Shown here: positions 31,335 to 45,600 of the stretch, one piece after another
Position numbering within the stretch: position 1 is the stretch's first letter
How the letters are laid out: each line of letters starts with the position of its first letter
NCBI GenBank assembly: GCA_051362555.1
Contig: CM120645.1
Span: 18,042,001-18,106,000, forward strand
Direction: 5' to 3'
Source of the DNA: Lingula anatina
Taxonomy: Eukaryota > Animalia > Brachiopoda
DNA: 64,000 nt
Notes under the pieces: model-generated
Told to the model about the DNA's origin: nothing
The model's input: the letters and a program-made list of their open reading frames with translations, nothing else
Databases searched by the model: none
Made by a program: the position numbers and the translations under genes

Positions 31335-34300
31335 TTGTTCTTATGCATCATCCATCCAAATTTAACAAATATTGGACTTGATTTGTAAAAATTATTAACG
31401 TTTAACTATTGTAAGGCATAGCATTTGTCGGTCTTTTCAGTTGCATTTTCTGTTTTCTCAAATTAATATGTTCTGAAAAAATCTTTTTCATGAGACATTG
31501 TCAACTGAAGAGCTTTTCTCAGATTTTTATTGTTGTTGTGCATCACTTGTCCAAATTTCACTAAAATTGGACTAGATTTTTCAAAATTATTAACGTTTAA
31601 CTATTTGGAGTTATGGACTTTGGTAGTCTTTTAAATGTTATTTTCAGTTTTCTGAAATTCATGTTTCCAAAATACCTTTTTTATTAGACACAGTCAACTG
31701 TTAAGCTTAACTGTATCAAAATTATTAAGGTTTAACTATTTCAGTCTTGGAAGTTTGTCATTTTTAGAAATTTAATTTTAGTTTTTTCAATTATATTGTT
31801 CTTTTTCCAGGTGTCCTTTTCCATACAGAGTGGTGTTTTTTTGGGGGTGAACTGATTCTTCCTGTCTTGTCGTGGCTAATTCCTGTAGAAAAAAAACAGG
31901 CAGTGAAAGACTACAGCAAGAACAATGGTCTGTCTCATCTATGTGCACAATAGATGGTATGTGACAAGCTTTAGGACATTGGCATATGGTGTGCTAAACC
32001 CCGATTCCAGAAACCGATTGTAAGGAGGAATCTGCATCTGGTATTGGTAGTAAGGAGAAGTCTTGAACGGGTAAATATTGTTTTCAAGAGGACAAATAGG
32101 GGTCATTTCCCACCTCTCTCACAAACAAACACAAATCATAACATTTGATGTTAAATGCTGGCCTAATTATATGTTGTGAAATTGAAAAAAAAAATTTTTC
32201 AGTCATTCTGGCTCTTCTCATACAAATTGCCAATAAACTACACTTCTATTTCACACAGTCAATTGATAAGCTTATCACAGACTTTTATTGTTCTTAAGTA
32301 TCATTTGTCCAAATTCCACAAATAATGAACAAGATTTGTTAAAATTATTAACATTTAACAATTTTATACCATGGAATTTGGCAGGCTATTCAGTGTTATT
32401 TTCAGTTTTCTCAAATTTATTGCCCCCAAAAAATCTTTTTCATTGAATCCAATCAACTGATAAGCTTATCACAGATTTTTAGCATTTTAACATTTAGCAT
32501 CTAAATTTTACAAATATCGGACTAGATTTGTAAAAATTATTAATGTTTAACTATGTTATACCATGGAATTTGGTAGTCTTTTCAGTGCTATTTTCAGGTT
32601 TCTAAAATTTATTTGCACTGAAAAAATCTTTTTCATGAGACAGTCAATTGATTTGCTTTGGACAGATTTTTATTGTTGTTATGCATCATCTGTCAAAATT
32701 TCACAAATATGGGACTACATTTTTTAAAATTATTAACGTTTAACTATTTTATGCCATGAAATTTACCAGTCTTTTCAGTGTAACATTCAGTTTTCTCAAT
32801 TATGTCCGAATAAATCTTTTTCATGAGACACAGTCAATTGATGAGCTTATCACAGATTTTTATTGTTCTTATGCATGATCCGTCCAAATTTGACAAATAT
32901 TGGACTTGATTTGTAAAAATTATTAACATTTAACTATATTAAGGCACCAAATTTGGCATTAAAATGTAATTTTCAGTTTTCTAAAATATATATGCACTGA
33001 AAAAATCTTTTTCATGAGACACAGTCAATTGATGTGCTAATCACAGATTTTTATTGTTGTTATGCATCATCCATCCAAATTTAACAAATATTGGACTAGA
33101 CTTGTCAAAATTATTAACGTTTAACTATTGTAAGGCAGAGCATTTGTCGGTCTTTTCAGTTGCATTTTCTGTTTTCTCAAATTAATATGTTATGAAAAAA
33201 TCTTTTTCATTAGACATTGTCAACTGATGAGCTTTTCTCAGATTTTTATCGTTGTTGTGCATCACTTGTCCAAATTTCACAAAAATTGGACTAGATTTTT
33301 CAAAATTATTAACGTTTAACTATATGGAGTTATGGACTTTGGTAGTCTTTTAAATGTTATTTTCAGTTTTCTCAAATTGATGTTTCCAAAATACCCTTTT
33401 TATTAGACACAGTCAACTGTTAAGCTTAACTGTATCAAAATTATTAAGGTTTAACTGTTTTAGTCTTTAAAGTTTGTCATTTTTAAAAATTTAATTTTAA
33501 TTTTTTCAATTACATTGTTTTTTTCCAGGTGTCCTTTTCCATACAGAGTGGTGTTTTTTTGTGGGGGGTGAACTGATTCTTCGTGTCTTGTCATGGCTAA
33601 TTCCTGTAGAAAAAAAACAGGCAGTGAAAGACTACAGCAAGAGCAATGGTCTGTCTCATCTGTGTGTACAATAGATGGTATGTGGCAAGCTTTAGGACAT
33701 TGTCAAATGGTGTGCTAAACCCCCATTCCAGAAACCGATTGTAAGGAGGAATCTGCATCTGGTATTGGTAGTAAGGAGAAGTCTTGAACGGGTATATATT
33801 GTTTTCATGAGGACAATTAGGGGTCATTTCCCACCTCTCTCACAAATCAAACACAAATCATAACTTTTGATGTTAATATATATATATATATATATGTTGT
33901 GAAATTGAAAAAAAAAGTTTTCAGTAATTCTCGCTCTTCTCATACAAATTGCCAATAAACTACACTTCTATTACACACAGTCAATTGATTTGCTTTTGAC
34001 AGATTTTTGTTGTTCTTATGCATCATCCATCCAAATTTAACAAATATTGGACTGGATTTTTTAAAATTATTAACGTTTAACTATTTTATGCCATGGAATT
34101 TGCCAGTCTTTTCAGTGTAACATTCAGTTTTCTAAATTATGTCCTAAAAAATCTTTTTTATGAGACACAGTCAATTGATGAGCTTATCACAGATTTTTAT
34201 TGTTCTCATGCATTATCCATTCAAATTTGACAAATATTGGACTTGATTTGTAAAAATTATTAACATTTAACTATATTAAGGCACCAAATTTGGCAGTCTT

Positions 34301-37300
34301 TTTAATGTAATTTTCAGTTTTCTCAAATTGATGTTTCCAAAATACCCTTTTTATTAGACACAGTCAACTGTTAAGCTTAACTGTATCAAAATTATTAAGG
34401 TTTAAATGTTTTAGTCTTGGAAGTTTGTCATTTTTAAAAATTTAATTTTAATTTTTTCAATTATATTGTTTTTTTTTCAGGTGTCCTTTTCCATACAGAG
34501 TGGTGTTTTTTTGGGGGGGTGAACTGATTCTTCCTGTCTTGTCATGGCTAATTCCTGTAGAAAAAAACAGGCAGTGAAAGACTACAGCAAGAGCAAAGGT
34601 CTGTCTCATCTGTGTGTACAATAGATGGTATGTGGCAAGCTTTAGGACATTGTCAAATGGTGTGCTAAACCCCAATTCCAGAAACCGATTGTAAGGAGGA
34701 ATCTGCATCTGGTATTGGTAGTAAGGAGAAGTCTTGAACGGGTATATATTGTTTTCAAGAGGACAAATAGGGGTCATTTCCCACCTCTCTCACAAATCAA
34801 ACACAAATCATAACATTTGATGTTAAATGCTGGGCTAATTATATGTTGTGAAATTGAAAAAAAAAAGTTTTCAGTCATTCTCGCTCTTCTCATACAAATT
34901 GCCAATAAACTACACTTCTATTTCACACAGTCAATTGATAAGCTTATCACAGACTTTTATTGTTGTTAAGCATCATTTGTCCAAATTCCACAAATAATGA
35001 ACAAGATTTGTCAAAATTTTTAACATTTAACTATTTTATACCATGGAATTTGGCATGCTATTCAGTGTTATTTTCAGTTTTCTCAAATTTATTGCCCCCA
35101 AAAAATCTTTTTCATTGAATCCAGTCAACTGATGAGCTTATCACAGATTTTTAGCATTGTTATGCACCACCTGTCTAAATTTCACAAATATCGGACTAGA
35201 TTTGTGAAAATTATTAATGTTTAACTATGTTATACCATGGAATTTGGCAATCTTTTCAGTGTTATTTTCAGGTTTCTAAAATTTATTTGCACTGAAAAAA
35301 TCTTTTTCATGAGACAGTCAATTGATTTGCTTTGGACAGATTTTTATTGTTGTTATGCATCATCTGTCAAAATTTCACAAATATGGGACTACATTTTTTA
35401 AAATTATTAACGTTATAACTATTTTATGCCATGAAATTTACCAGTCTTTTCAGTGTAACATTCAGTTTTCTCAATTATGTCCGAATAAATCTTTTTCATG
35501 AGACACAGTCAATTGATGAGCTTATCACAGATTTTTATTGTTCTTATGCATGATCCGTCCAAATTTGACAAATATTGGACTTGATTTGTAAAAATTATTA
35601 ACATTTAACTATATTAAGGCACCAAATTTGGCATTAAAATGTAATTTTCAGTTTTCTAAAATATATATGCACTGAAAAAATCTTTTTCATGAGACACAGT
35701 CAATTGATGTGCTAATCACAGATTTTTATTGTTGTTATGCATCATCCATCCAAATTTAACAAATATTGGACTAGACTTGTCAAAATTATTAACGTTTAAC
35801 TATTGTAAGGCAGAGCATTTGTCGGTCTTTTCAGTTGCATTTTCTGTTTTCTCAAATTAATATGTTATGAAAAAATCTTTTTCATTAGACATTGTCAACT
35901 GATGAGCTTTTCTCAGATTTTTATCGTTGTTGTGCATCACTTGTCCAAATTTCACAAAAATTGGACTAGATTTTTCAAAATTATTAACGTTTAACTATAT
36001 GGAGTTATGGACTTTGGTAGTCTTTTAAATGTTATTTTCAGTTTTCTCAAATTGATGTTTCCAAAATACCCTTTTTATTAGACACAGTCAACTGTTAAGC
36101 TTAACTGTATCAAAATTATTAAGGTTTAACTGTTTTAGTCTTTAAAGTTTGTCATTTTTAAAAATTTAATTTTAATTTTTTCAATTACATTGTTTTTTTC
36201 CAGGTGTCCTTTTCCATACAGAGTGGTGTTTTTTTGGGGGGGTGAACTGATTCTTCGTGTCTTGTCATGGCTAATTCCTGTAGAAAAAAAAACAGGCAGT
36301 GAAAGACTACAGCAAGAGCAATGGTCTGTCTCATCTGTGTGTACAATAGATGGTATGTGGCAAGCTTTAGGACATTGTCAAATGGTGTGCTAAACCCCCA
36401 TTCCAGAAACCGATTGTAAGGAGGAATCTGCATCTGGTATTGGTAGTAAGGAGAAGTCTTGAACGGGTATATATTGTTTTCATGAGGACAATTAGGGGTC
36501 ATTTCCCACCTCTCTCACAAATCAAACACAAATCATAACTTTTGATGTTAATATATATATATATATATATGTTGTGAAATTGAAAAAAAAAGTTTTCAGT
36601 AATTCTCGCTCTTCTCATACAAATTGCCAATAAACTACACTTCTATTACACACAGTCAATTGATTTGCTTTTGACAGATTTTTGTTGTTCTTATGCATCA
36701 TCCATCCAAATTTAACAAATATTGGACTGGATTTTTTAAAATTATTAACGTTTAACTATTTTATGCCATGGAATTTGCCAGTCTTTTCAGTGTAACATTC
36801 AGTTTTCTAAATTATGTCCTAAAAAATCTTTTTTATGAGACACAGTCAATTGATGAGCTTATCACAGATTTTTATTGTTCTCATGCATTATCCATTCAAA
36901 TTTGACAAATATTGGACTTGATTTGTAAAAATTATTAACATTTAACTATATTAAGGCACCAAATTTGGCAGTCTTTTTAATGTAATTTTCAGTTTTCTCA
37001 AATTGATGTTTCCAAAATACCCTTTTTATTAGACACAGTCAACTGTTAAGCTTAACTGTATCAAAATTATTAAGGTTTAAATGTTTTAGTCTTGGAAGTT
37101 TGTCATTTTTAAAAATTTAATTTTAATTTTTTCAATTATATTGTTTTTTTTTCAGGTGTCCTTTTCCATACAGAGTGGTGTTTTTTTGGGGGGGTGAACT
37201 GATTCTTCCTGTCTTGTCATGGCTAATTCCTGTAGAAAAAAACAGGCAGTGAAAGACTACAGCAAGAGCAAAGGTCTGTCTCATCTGTGTGTACAATAGA

Positions 37301-38022
37301 TGGTATGTGGCAAGCTTTAGGACATTGTCAAATGGTGTGCTAAACCCCAATTCCAGAAACCGATTGTAAGGAGGAATCTGCATCTGGTATTGGTAGTAAG
37401 GAGAAGTCTTGAACGGGTATATATTGTTTTCAAGAGGACAAATAGGGGTCATTTCCCACCTCTCTCACAAATCAAACACAAATCATAACATTTGATGTTA
37501 AATGCTGGGCTAATTATATGTTGTGAAATTGAAAAAAAAAAGTTTTCAGTCATTCTCGCTCTTCTCATACAAATTGCCAATAAACTACACTTCTATTTCA
37601 CACAGTCAATTGATAAGCTTATCACAGACTTTTATTGTTGTTAAGCATCATTTGTCCAAATTCCACAAATAATGAACAAGATTTGTCAAAATTTTTAACA
37701 TTTAACTATTTTATACCATGGAATTTGGCATGCTATTCAGTGTTATTTTCAGTTTTCTCAAATTTATTGCCCCAAAAAATCTTTTTCATTGAATCCAGTC
37801 AACTGATGAGCTTATCACAGATTTTTAGCATTGTTATGCACCACCTGTCTAAATTTCACAAATATCGGACTAGATTTGTGAAAATTATTAATGTTTAACT
37901 ATGTTATACCATGGAATTTGGCAATCTTTTCAGTGTTATTTTCAGGTTTCTAAAATTTATTTGGACTGAAAAAATCTTTTTCATGAGACACAGTCAATTG
38001 TTGAGCTTATCACAGATTTTTA

Positions 38023-39661
38023 TTGTGCCACCAGCGTTAGCACTGGCGGTACACATGGTTTCGGTCCCGTCCGGATCGTTCCGCCGGCTCCGCCGGACGG
38101 CTACCATTACCGCTTCTCCTCCTTGAAATTGAACTTTGACCTACTTTTCACCATGAACTGAACTTTGCAAATTTTGCTTCCCTTTCATATCCAAAACTGG
38201 CAGAGATAGGTCCAATGTTACTATTGAACTTGAATGGGAAGTCATATACTGGCAATCCAAATGTGACCTTGAAATTGACCTTTGACCTACTTTTCACCAT
38301 GAACTGAACTTTGCAAATTTTGCTGCCCTTTTATCTCCAATACTGGCAGAGATAGGTCCATAGTTACTATTGAACTAGAATAGGAAGTCATACACTGGCA
38401 ATCTAAATGTGACCTTGAAATTGACCTTTGACCTACTTTTCACCATGAACTGAACTTTGCAAATTTTGCTGCCCTTTCATATCCAAAACTGACAGAGATA
38501 GGTCCATAGTTACTATTGAACTTGAATAGGAAGTCATACACTGGTCATCTTTATGTAACCTTGAAATTGACCTTCGACCTACTTTTTACCATAAACTGAA
38601 CTTTGCAAATTTTGCTTCCCTTTCATATCCAAAACTGGCAGAGATAGGTCTATAGTTACTATTGAACTGAAATAGAAAGTCATATACTGGCAATCTAAAT
38701 GTGACCTTCAAATTGACCTTTGACCTACTTTTCACCATGAACTGAACTTTGCAAATTTTGCTGCCCTTTTATCTCCAAAACTGGCAGAGATAGGTCCAAT
38801 GTTACTATTGAACTTGAATAGGAAGTCATATACTGGCAATCCAAATGTGACCTTCAAATTGACCTTTGACCTCCTTTTCACCAAGAACAGAACTTTGCAA
38901 ATTTTGCTGCCCTTTTATCTCCAAAACTGGCAGAGATAGGTCCATAGTTACTATTGAACTTGAATAGGAAGTCATACACTGGCAATCTTAATGTGACCTT
39001 GAAATTGACCTTTGACCTACTTTTCACCATGAACTGAACTTTGCAAATTTTGCTTCCCTTTCATCTCCAAAACTGGCAGAGATAGATCCATAGTTACTAT
39101 TGAACTTGGATAGGAAGTCATATACTGGCAATCTTAGTGTGACCTTGTTGACCTTTGACCTACTTTTCACCATGAACTGAACTTTGCAAATTTTGCTTCC
39201 CTTTTATCTCCAAAACTGGCAGAGATAGGTCCATAGTTACTATTGAACTTGGATAGGAAGTCATATACTGGCAATCTAAATGTGTCCTTGAAATTGACCT
39301 TTGACCTACTTTTCACCATGAACTGAACTTTGCAAATGTTTTTCCATTTTATCTCTAAAACTGGCAGACAAAAAAGACAACTTTCAAATTGTTAGCGAAA
39401 GTTCATTCCCAATGTGAAAGAGATGAGGACGCGATTTTCATATTTGAGTCTTCGTTGGCCAAAGAGCAAGGAAGAACGTAATTTTCGTATCCTCAGTGGG
39501 GGATCGTTGCAATTGTATATTCATTCAATGGCTTTTGTTTGCGAAAGATCGTCAACTAGTGAGACAACCCCTCCCCCTTCTTTTTTCCTTCCCATACGAA
39601 TGCTCTTACTCCAGCTGGTGGTACAATACCAGGAGGTGGTATTGCCTCTCTGATCCTCTAG
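38023..39661 (+). mobile_element. Complete HINE family A element carrying ~8.5 x 146-bp satellite (duplicate of 28238-31334)
   Basis: Same termini, same insertion point and flanks; 1458 bp shorter. Confidence 0.9.
38121..39370 (+). repeat. 146-bp tandem satellite array
   Basis: Same monomer as 28336-31041. Confidence 0.95.
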
Positions 39662-42600
39662 TTGTTCTTATGCATCATCCATCCAAATTTAACAAATATT
39701 GGACTTGATTTGTAAAAATTATTAACGTTTAACTATTGTAAGGCATAGCATTTGTCGGTCTTTTCAGTTGCATTTTCTGTTTTCTCAAATTAATATGTTC
39801 TGAAAAAATCTTTTTCATTAGACATTGTCAACTGAAGAGCTTTTCTCAGATTTTTATCATTGTTGTGCATCACTTGTCCAAATTTCACAAAAATTGGACT
39901 AGATTTTTCAAAATTATTAACATTTAACTATTTGGAGTTATGGACTTTGGTAGTCTTTTAAATGTTATTTTCAGTTTTCTGAAATTCATGTTTCCAAAAT
40001 ACCTTTTTTATTAGACACAGTCAACTGTTAAGCTTAACTGTATCAAAATTATTAAGGTTTAACTATTTCAGTCTTGGAAGTTTGTCATTTTTAGAAATTT
40101 AATTTTAGTTTTTTCAATTATATTGTTCTTTTTCCAGGTGTCCTTTTCCATACAGAGTGGTGTTTTTTTGGGGGTGAACTGATTCTTCCTGTCTTGTCGT
40201 GGCTAATTCCTGTAGAAAAAAAACAGGCAGTGAAAGACTACAGCAAGAGCAATGGTCTGTCTCATCTATATGCACAATAGATGGTATGTGACAAGCTTTA
40301 GGACATTGTCATATGGTGTGCTAAACCCCGATTCCAGAAACCGATTGTAAGGAGGAATCTGCATCTGGTATTGGTAGTAAGGAAAAGTCTTGAACGGGTA
40401 AATATTGTTTTCAAGAGGACAAATAGGGGTCATTTCCCACCTCTCTCACAAACAAACACAAATCATAACATTTCTTGTTAAATGCTGGGCTTATTATATG
40501 TTGTGAAATTGAAAAAAAAAAAATTTTCAGTCATTCTCGCTCTTCTCATACAAATTGCCAATAAACTACACTTCTATTTCACACAGTCAATTGATAAGCT
40601 TATCACAGACATTTATTGTTGTTAAGTATCATTTGTCCAAATTCCACAAATAATGAACAAGATTTGTTAAAATTATTAACATTTAACAATTTTATACCAT
40701 GGAATTTGGCAGTCTATTCAGTGTTATTTTCAGTTTTCTCAAACTTATTGCCCCCAAAAATCTTTTTCATTGAATCCAATCAACTAATAAGCTTATCACA
40801 GATTTTTAGCATTTTAACATTTAGCATCTAAATTTTACAAATATCGGACTAGATTTGTAAAAATTATTAATGTTTAACTATGTTATACCATGGAATTTGG
40901 TAGTCTTTTCAGTGCTATTTTCAGGTTTCTAAAATTTATTTGCACTGAAAAAATCTTTTTCATGAGACAGTCAATTGATTTGCTTTGGACAGATTTTTAT
41001 TGTTGTTATGCATCACCTGTCAAAATTTCACAAATATGGGGCTACATTTTTTAAAATTATTAACGTTATAACTATTTTATGCCATGAAATTTACCAGTCT
41101 TTTCAGTGTAACATTCAGTTTTCTCAATTATGTCCAAATAAATCTTTTTCATGAGACAGTCAATTGATGAGCTTATCACAGATTGTTATTGTTCTTATGC
41201 ATCATCCGTCCAAATTTGACAAATATTGGACTTAATGTGTAAAAATTATTAACATTTAACTATATTAAGGCACCAAATTTGGCATTAAAATGTAATTTTC
41301 AGTTTTCTAAAATATATATGCACTGAAAAAATCTTTTTCATGAGACACAGTCAATTGATGTGCTAATCACAGATTTTTATTGTAGTTATGCATCATCCAT
41401 CCAAATTTAACAAATATTGGACTAGACTTGTCAAAATTATTAACGTTTAACTATTTTAAGGCACAGCATTTGTCGGTCTTTTCAGTTGCATTTTCTGTTT
41501 TCTCAAATTAATATGTTATGAAAAAATCTTTTTCATTAGACATTGTCAACTGATGAGCTTTTCTCAGATTTTTATCGTTGTTGTGCATCACTTGTCCAAA
41601 TTTCACAAAAATTGGACTAGATTTTTCAAAATTATTAACGTTTAACTATATGGAGTTATGGACTTTGGTAGTCTTTTAAATGTTATTTTCAGTTTTCTCA
41701 AATTGATGTTTCCAAAATACCCTTTTTATTAGACACAGTCAACTGTTAAGCTTAACTGTATCAAATTTATTAAGGTTTAAATGTTTTAGTCTTGGAAGTT
41801 TGTAATTTTTAAAAATTTAATTTTAATTTTTTCAATTATATTGTTTTTTTTCCAGGTGTCCTTTTCCATACAGAGTGGTGTTTTTTTGGGGGGGTGAACT
41901 GATTCTTCCTGTCTTGTCATGGCTAATTCCTGTAGAAAAAAACAGGCAGTGAAAGACTACAGCAAGAGCAATGGTCTGTCTCATCTATGTGTACAATAGA
42001 TGGTATGTGGCAAGCTTTAGGACATTGTCAAATGGTGTGCTAAACCCCAATTCCAGAAACCGATTGTAAGGAGGAATCTGCATCTGGTATTGGTAGTAAG
42101 GAGAAGTCTTGAACGGGTATATATTGTTTTCAAGAGGACAAATAGGGGTCATTTCCCACCTCTCTCACAAATCAAACACAAATCATAACATTTGATGTTA
42201 AATGCTGGGCTAATTATATGTTGTGAAATTGAAAAAAAAATTTTTCAGTCATTCTCGCTCTTCTCATACAAATTGCCAATAAACTACACTTCTATTTCAC
42301 ACAGTCAATTGATAAGCTTATCACAGACTTTTATTGTTGTTAAGCATCATTTGTCCAAATTCCACAAATAATGAACAAGATTTGTCAAAATTTTTAACAT
42401 TTAACTATTTTATACCATGGAATTTGGCATGCTATTCAGTGTTATTTTCAGTTTTCTCAAATTTATTGCCCCCAAAAAATCTTTTTCATTGAATCCAGTC
42501 AACTGATGAGCTTATCACAGATTTTTAGCATTGTTATGCACCACCTGTCTAAAATTCACAAATATCGGACTAGATTTGTGAAAATTATTAATGTTTAACT

Positions 42601-45600
42601 ATGTTATACCATGGAATTTGGCAATCTTTTCAGTGTTATTTTCAGGTTTCTAAAATTTATTTGCACTGAAAAAATCTTTTTCATGAGACACAGTCAATTG
42701 ATTTGCTTTTCACAGATTTTTATTGTTGTTATGCATCATCTGTCCAAATTTCACAAATATGGGACTACATTTTTTAAAATTATTAATTTTTAACTATTTT
42801 ATGCCATGGAATTTGCTAGTCTTTTCAGTGTAACATTCAGTTTTCTAAATTATGTCCCAAAAAATCTTTTTCATGAGACACAGTCAATTGATGTGCTAAT
42901 CACAGATTTTTATTGTTGTTATGCATCATCCATCCAAATTTAACAAATATTGGACTAGACTTGTCAAAATTATTAACGTTTAACTATTTTAAGGCATAGC
43001 ATTTGTCGGTCTTTTCAGTTGCATTTTCTGTTTTCTCAAATTAATATGTTATGAAAAAATCTTTTTCATTAGACATTGTCAACTGATGAGCTTTTCTCAG
43101 ATTTTTATCGTTGTTGTGCATCACTTGTCCAAATTTCACAAAAATTGGACTAGATTTTTCAAAATTAATAACGTTTAACTATATGGAGTTATGGACTTTG
43201 GTAGTCTTTTAAATGTTATTTTCAGTTTTCTCAAATTGATGTTTCTAAAATACCCTTTTTATTAGACACAGTCAACTGTTAAGCTTAACTGTATCAAAAT
43301 TATTAAGGTTTAACTGTTTTAGTCTTGAAAGTTTGTCATTTTTAAAAATTTAATTTTAATTTTTTCAATTACATTGTTTTTTTCCAGGTGTCCTTTTCCA
43401 TACAGAGTGGTGTTTTTTTGGGGGGGTGAACTGATTCTTCGTGTCTTGTCATGGCTAATTCCTATAGAAAAAAACAGGCAGTGAAAGACTACAGCAAGAG
43501 CAATGGTCTGTCTCATCTGTGTGTACAATAGATGGTATGTGGCAAGCTTTAGGACATTGTCAAATGGTGTGCTAAACCCCCATTCCAGAAACCGATTGTA
43601 AGGAGGAATCTGCATCTGGTATTGGTAGTAAGGAGAAGTCTTGAACGGGTATATATTGTTTTCATGAGGACAATTAGGGGTCATTTCCCACCTCTCTCAC
43701 AAATCAAACACAAATCATAACTTTTGATGTTAATATATATATATATATGTTGTGAAATTGAAAAAAAAAAGTTTTCAGTAATTCTCGCTCTTCTCATACA
43801 AATTGCCAATAAACTACACTTCTATTACACACAGTCAATTGATTTGCTTTTGACAGATTTTTATTGTTCTTATGCATCATCCATCCAAATTTAACAAATA
43901 TTGGACTGGATTTTTTAAAATTATTAACGTTTAACTATTTTATGCCGTGGAATTTGCCAGTCTTTTCAGTGTAACATTCAGTTTTCTAAATTATGTCCAA
44001 AAAAAATCTTTTTCATGAGACACAGTCAATTGATGAGCTTATCACAGATTTTTATTGTTCTTATGCATCATCCTTCCAAATGTAACAAATATTGGACTTG
44101 ATTTGTAAAAATTATTAACATTTAACTATATTAAGGCACCAAATTTGGCAGTCTTTTTAATGTAATTTTCAGTTTTCTAAAATATTTATGCACTGAAAAA
44201 ATCTTTTCCATGAGACACAGTCAATTGATGAGCTTATCACAGATTTTTATTGTTCCTATGCATTATCTATTCAAATTTAACAAATATTGGACTAGATTTT
44301 TCAAAATTATTAACGTTTAACTATTTGGAGTTATGGACTTTGGTAGTCTTTTAAATGTTATTTTCAGTATTCTGAAATTCATGTTTCCAAAATACCTTTT
44401 TTATTACACACAGTCAACTGTTGAGCTTAACTGTATCAAAATTATTGAGGTTTAACTATTTCAGTCTTGGAAGTTTGTCATTTTTAAAAATTTAATTTTA
44501 GTTTTTTCAATTATATTGTTCTTTTTCCAGGTGTCCTTTTCCATACATAGTGGTGTTTTTTTTGGGGTGAACTGATTCTTCCTGTCTTGTCGTGGCTAAT
44601 TCCTGTGGAAAAAAAACAGGCAGTGAAAGACTACAGCAAGAGCAATGGTCTGTCTCATCTACGTGCACAATAGATGGCATGTGGCAAGCTTTAGGACATT
44701 GGCATATGGTGTGCGATTCCAGAAACCGATTGTAAGGAGGAATCTGCATCTGGTATTGGTAGTAAGGAGAAGTCTTGAACGGGTATATATTGTTTTCAAG
44801 AGGACAATTAGGGGTCATTTCCCACCTCTCTCACAAATCAAACACAAATCATAACATTTGATGTTAAATGCTGGGCTAATAATATGTTGTGAAATTGAAA
44901 AAAAAGTTTTCAGTCATTCTCGCTCTTCTCATACAAATTGCCAATAAACTACACTTCTATTACACACAGTCAATTGATAAGCTTATCACAGACTTTTATT
45001 GTTGTTAAGCATCATTTGTCCAAATTCCACAAATAATGAACAAGATTTGTCAAAATTATTAACATTGAACTATTTTATACCATGGAATTTGGCATGCTAT
45101 TCAGTGTTATTTTCAGTTTTCTCAAATTTATTGCCCCCAAAAAATCTTTCTCATTGAATCCAATAAACTGATGAGCTTATCACAGATTTTTAGCATTGTT
45201 ATGCACCACCTGTCTAAATTTCACAAATATCGGACTAGATTTGTGAAAATTATTAATGTTTAACTATGTTATACCATGGAATTTGGCAGTCTTTTCAGTG
45301 TTATTTTCAGGTTTCTAAAATTTATTTGCACTGAAAAAATCTTTTTCATGAGACACAGTCAATTGATTTGCTTTTGACAGATTTTTATTGTTGTTATGCA
45401 TCATCCATCCAAATTTAACAAATATTGGACTAGTCAAAATTATTAACGTTGAACTATTTTAAGGCATAGCATTTGTCGGTCTTTTCAGTTGCATTTTCTG
45501 TTTTCTCAAATTAATATGTTATGAAAAAATCTTTTTCATTAGACATTGTCAACTGATGAGCTTTTCTCAGATTTTTATCGTTCTTATGCATCATCCATCC

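Noticed and set aside
41820-42010. Tandem cassette exons (polypyrimidine-CAG|GTGTCC...GATG|GTATGT in each block)
   Set aside because: Splice-like signals are present, but internal T/G/A runs vary in length between copies and break any frame. No flanking gene is visible. Only RNA-seq junction reads could revive this.
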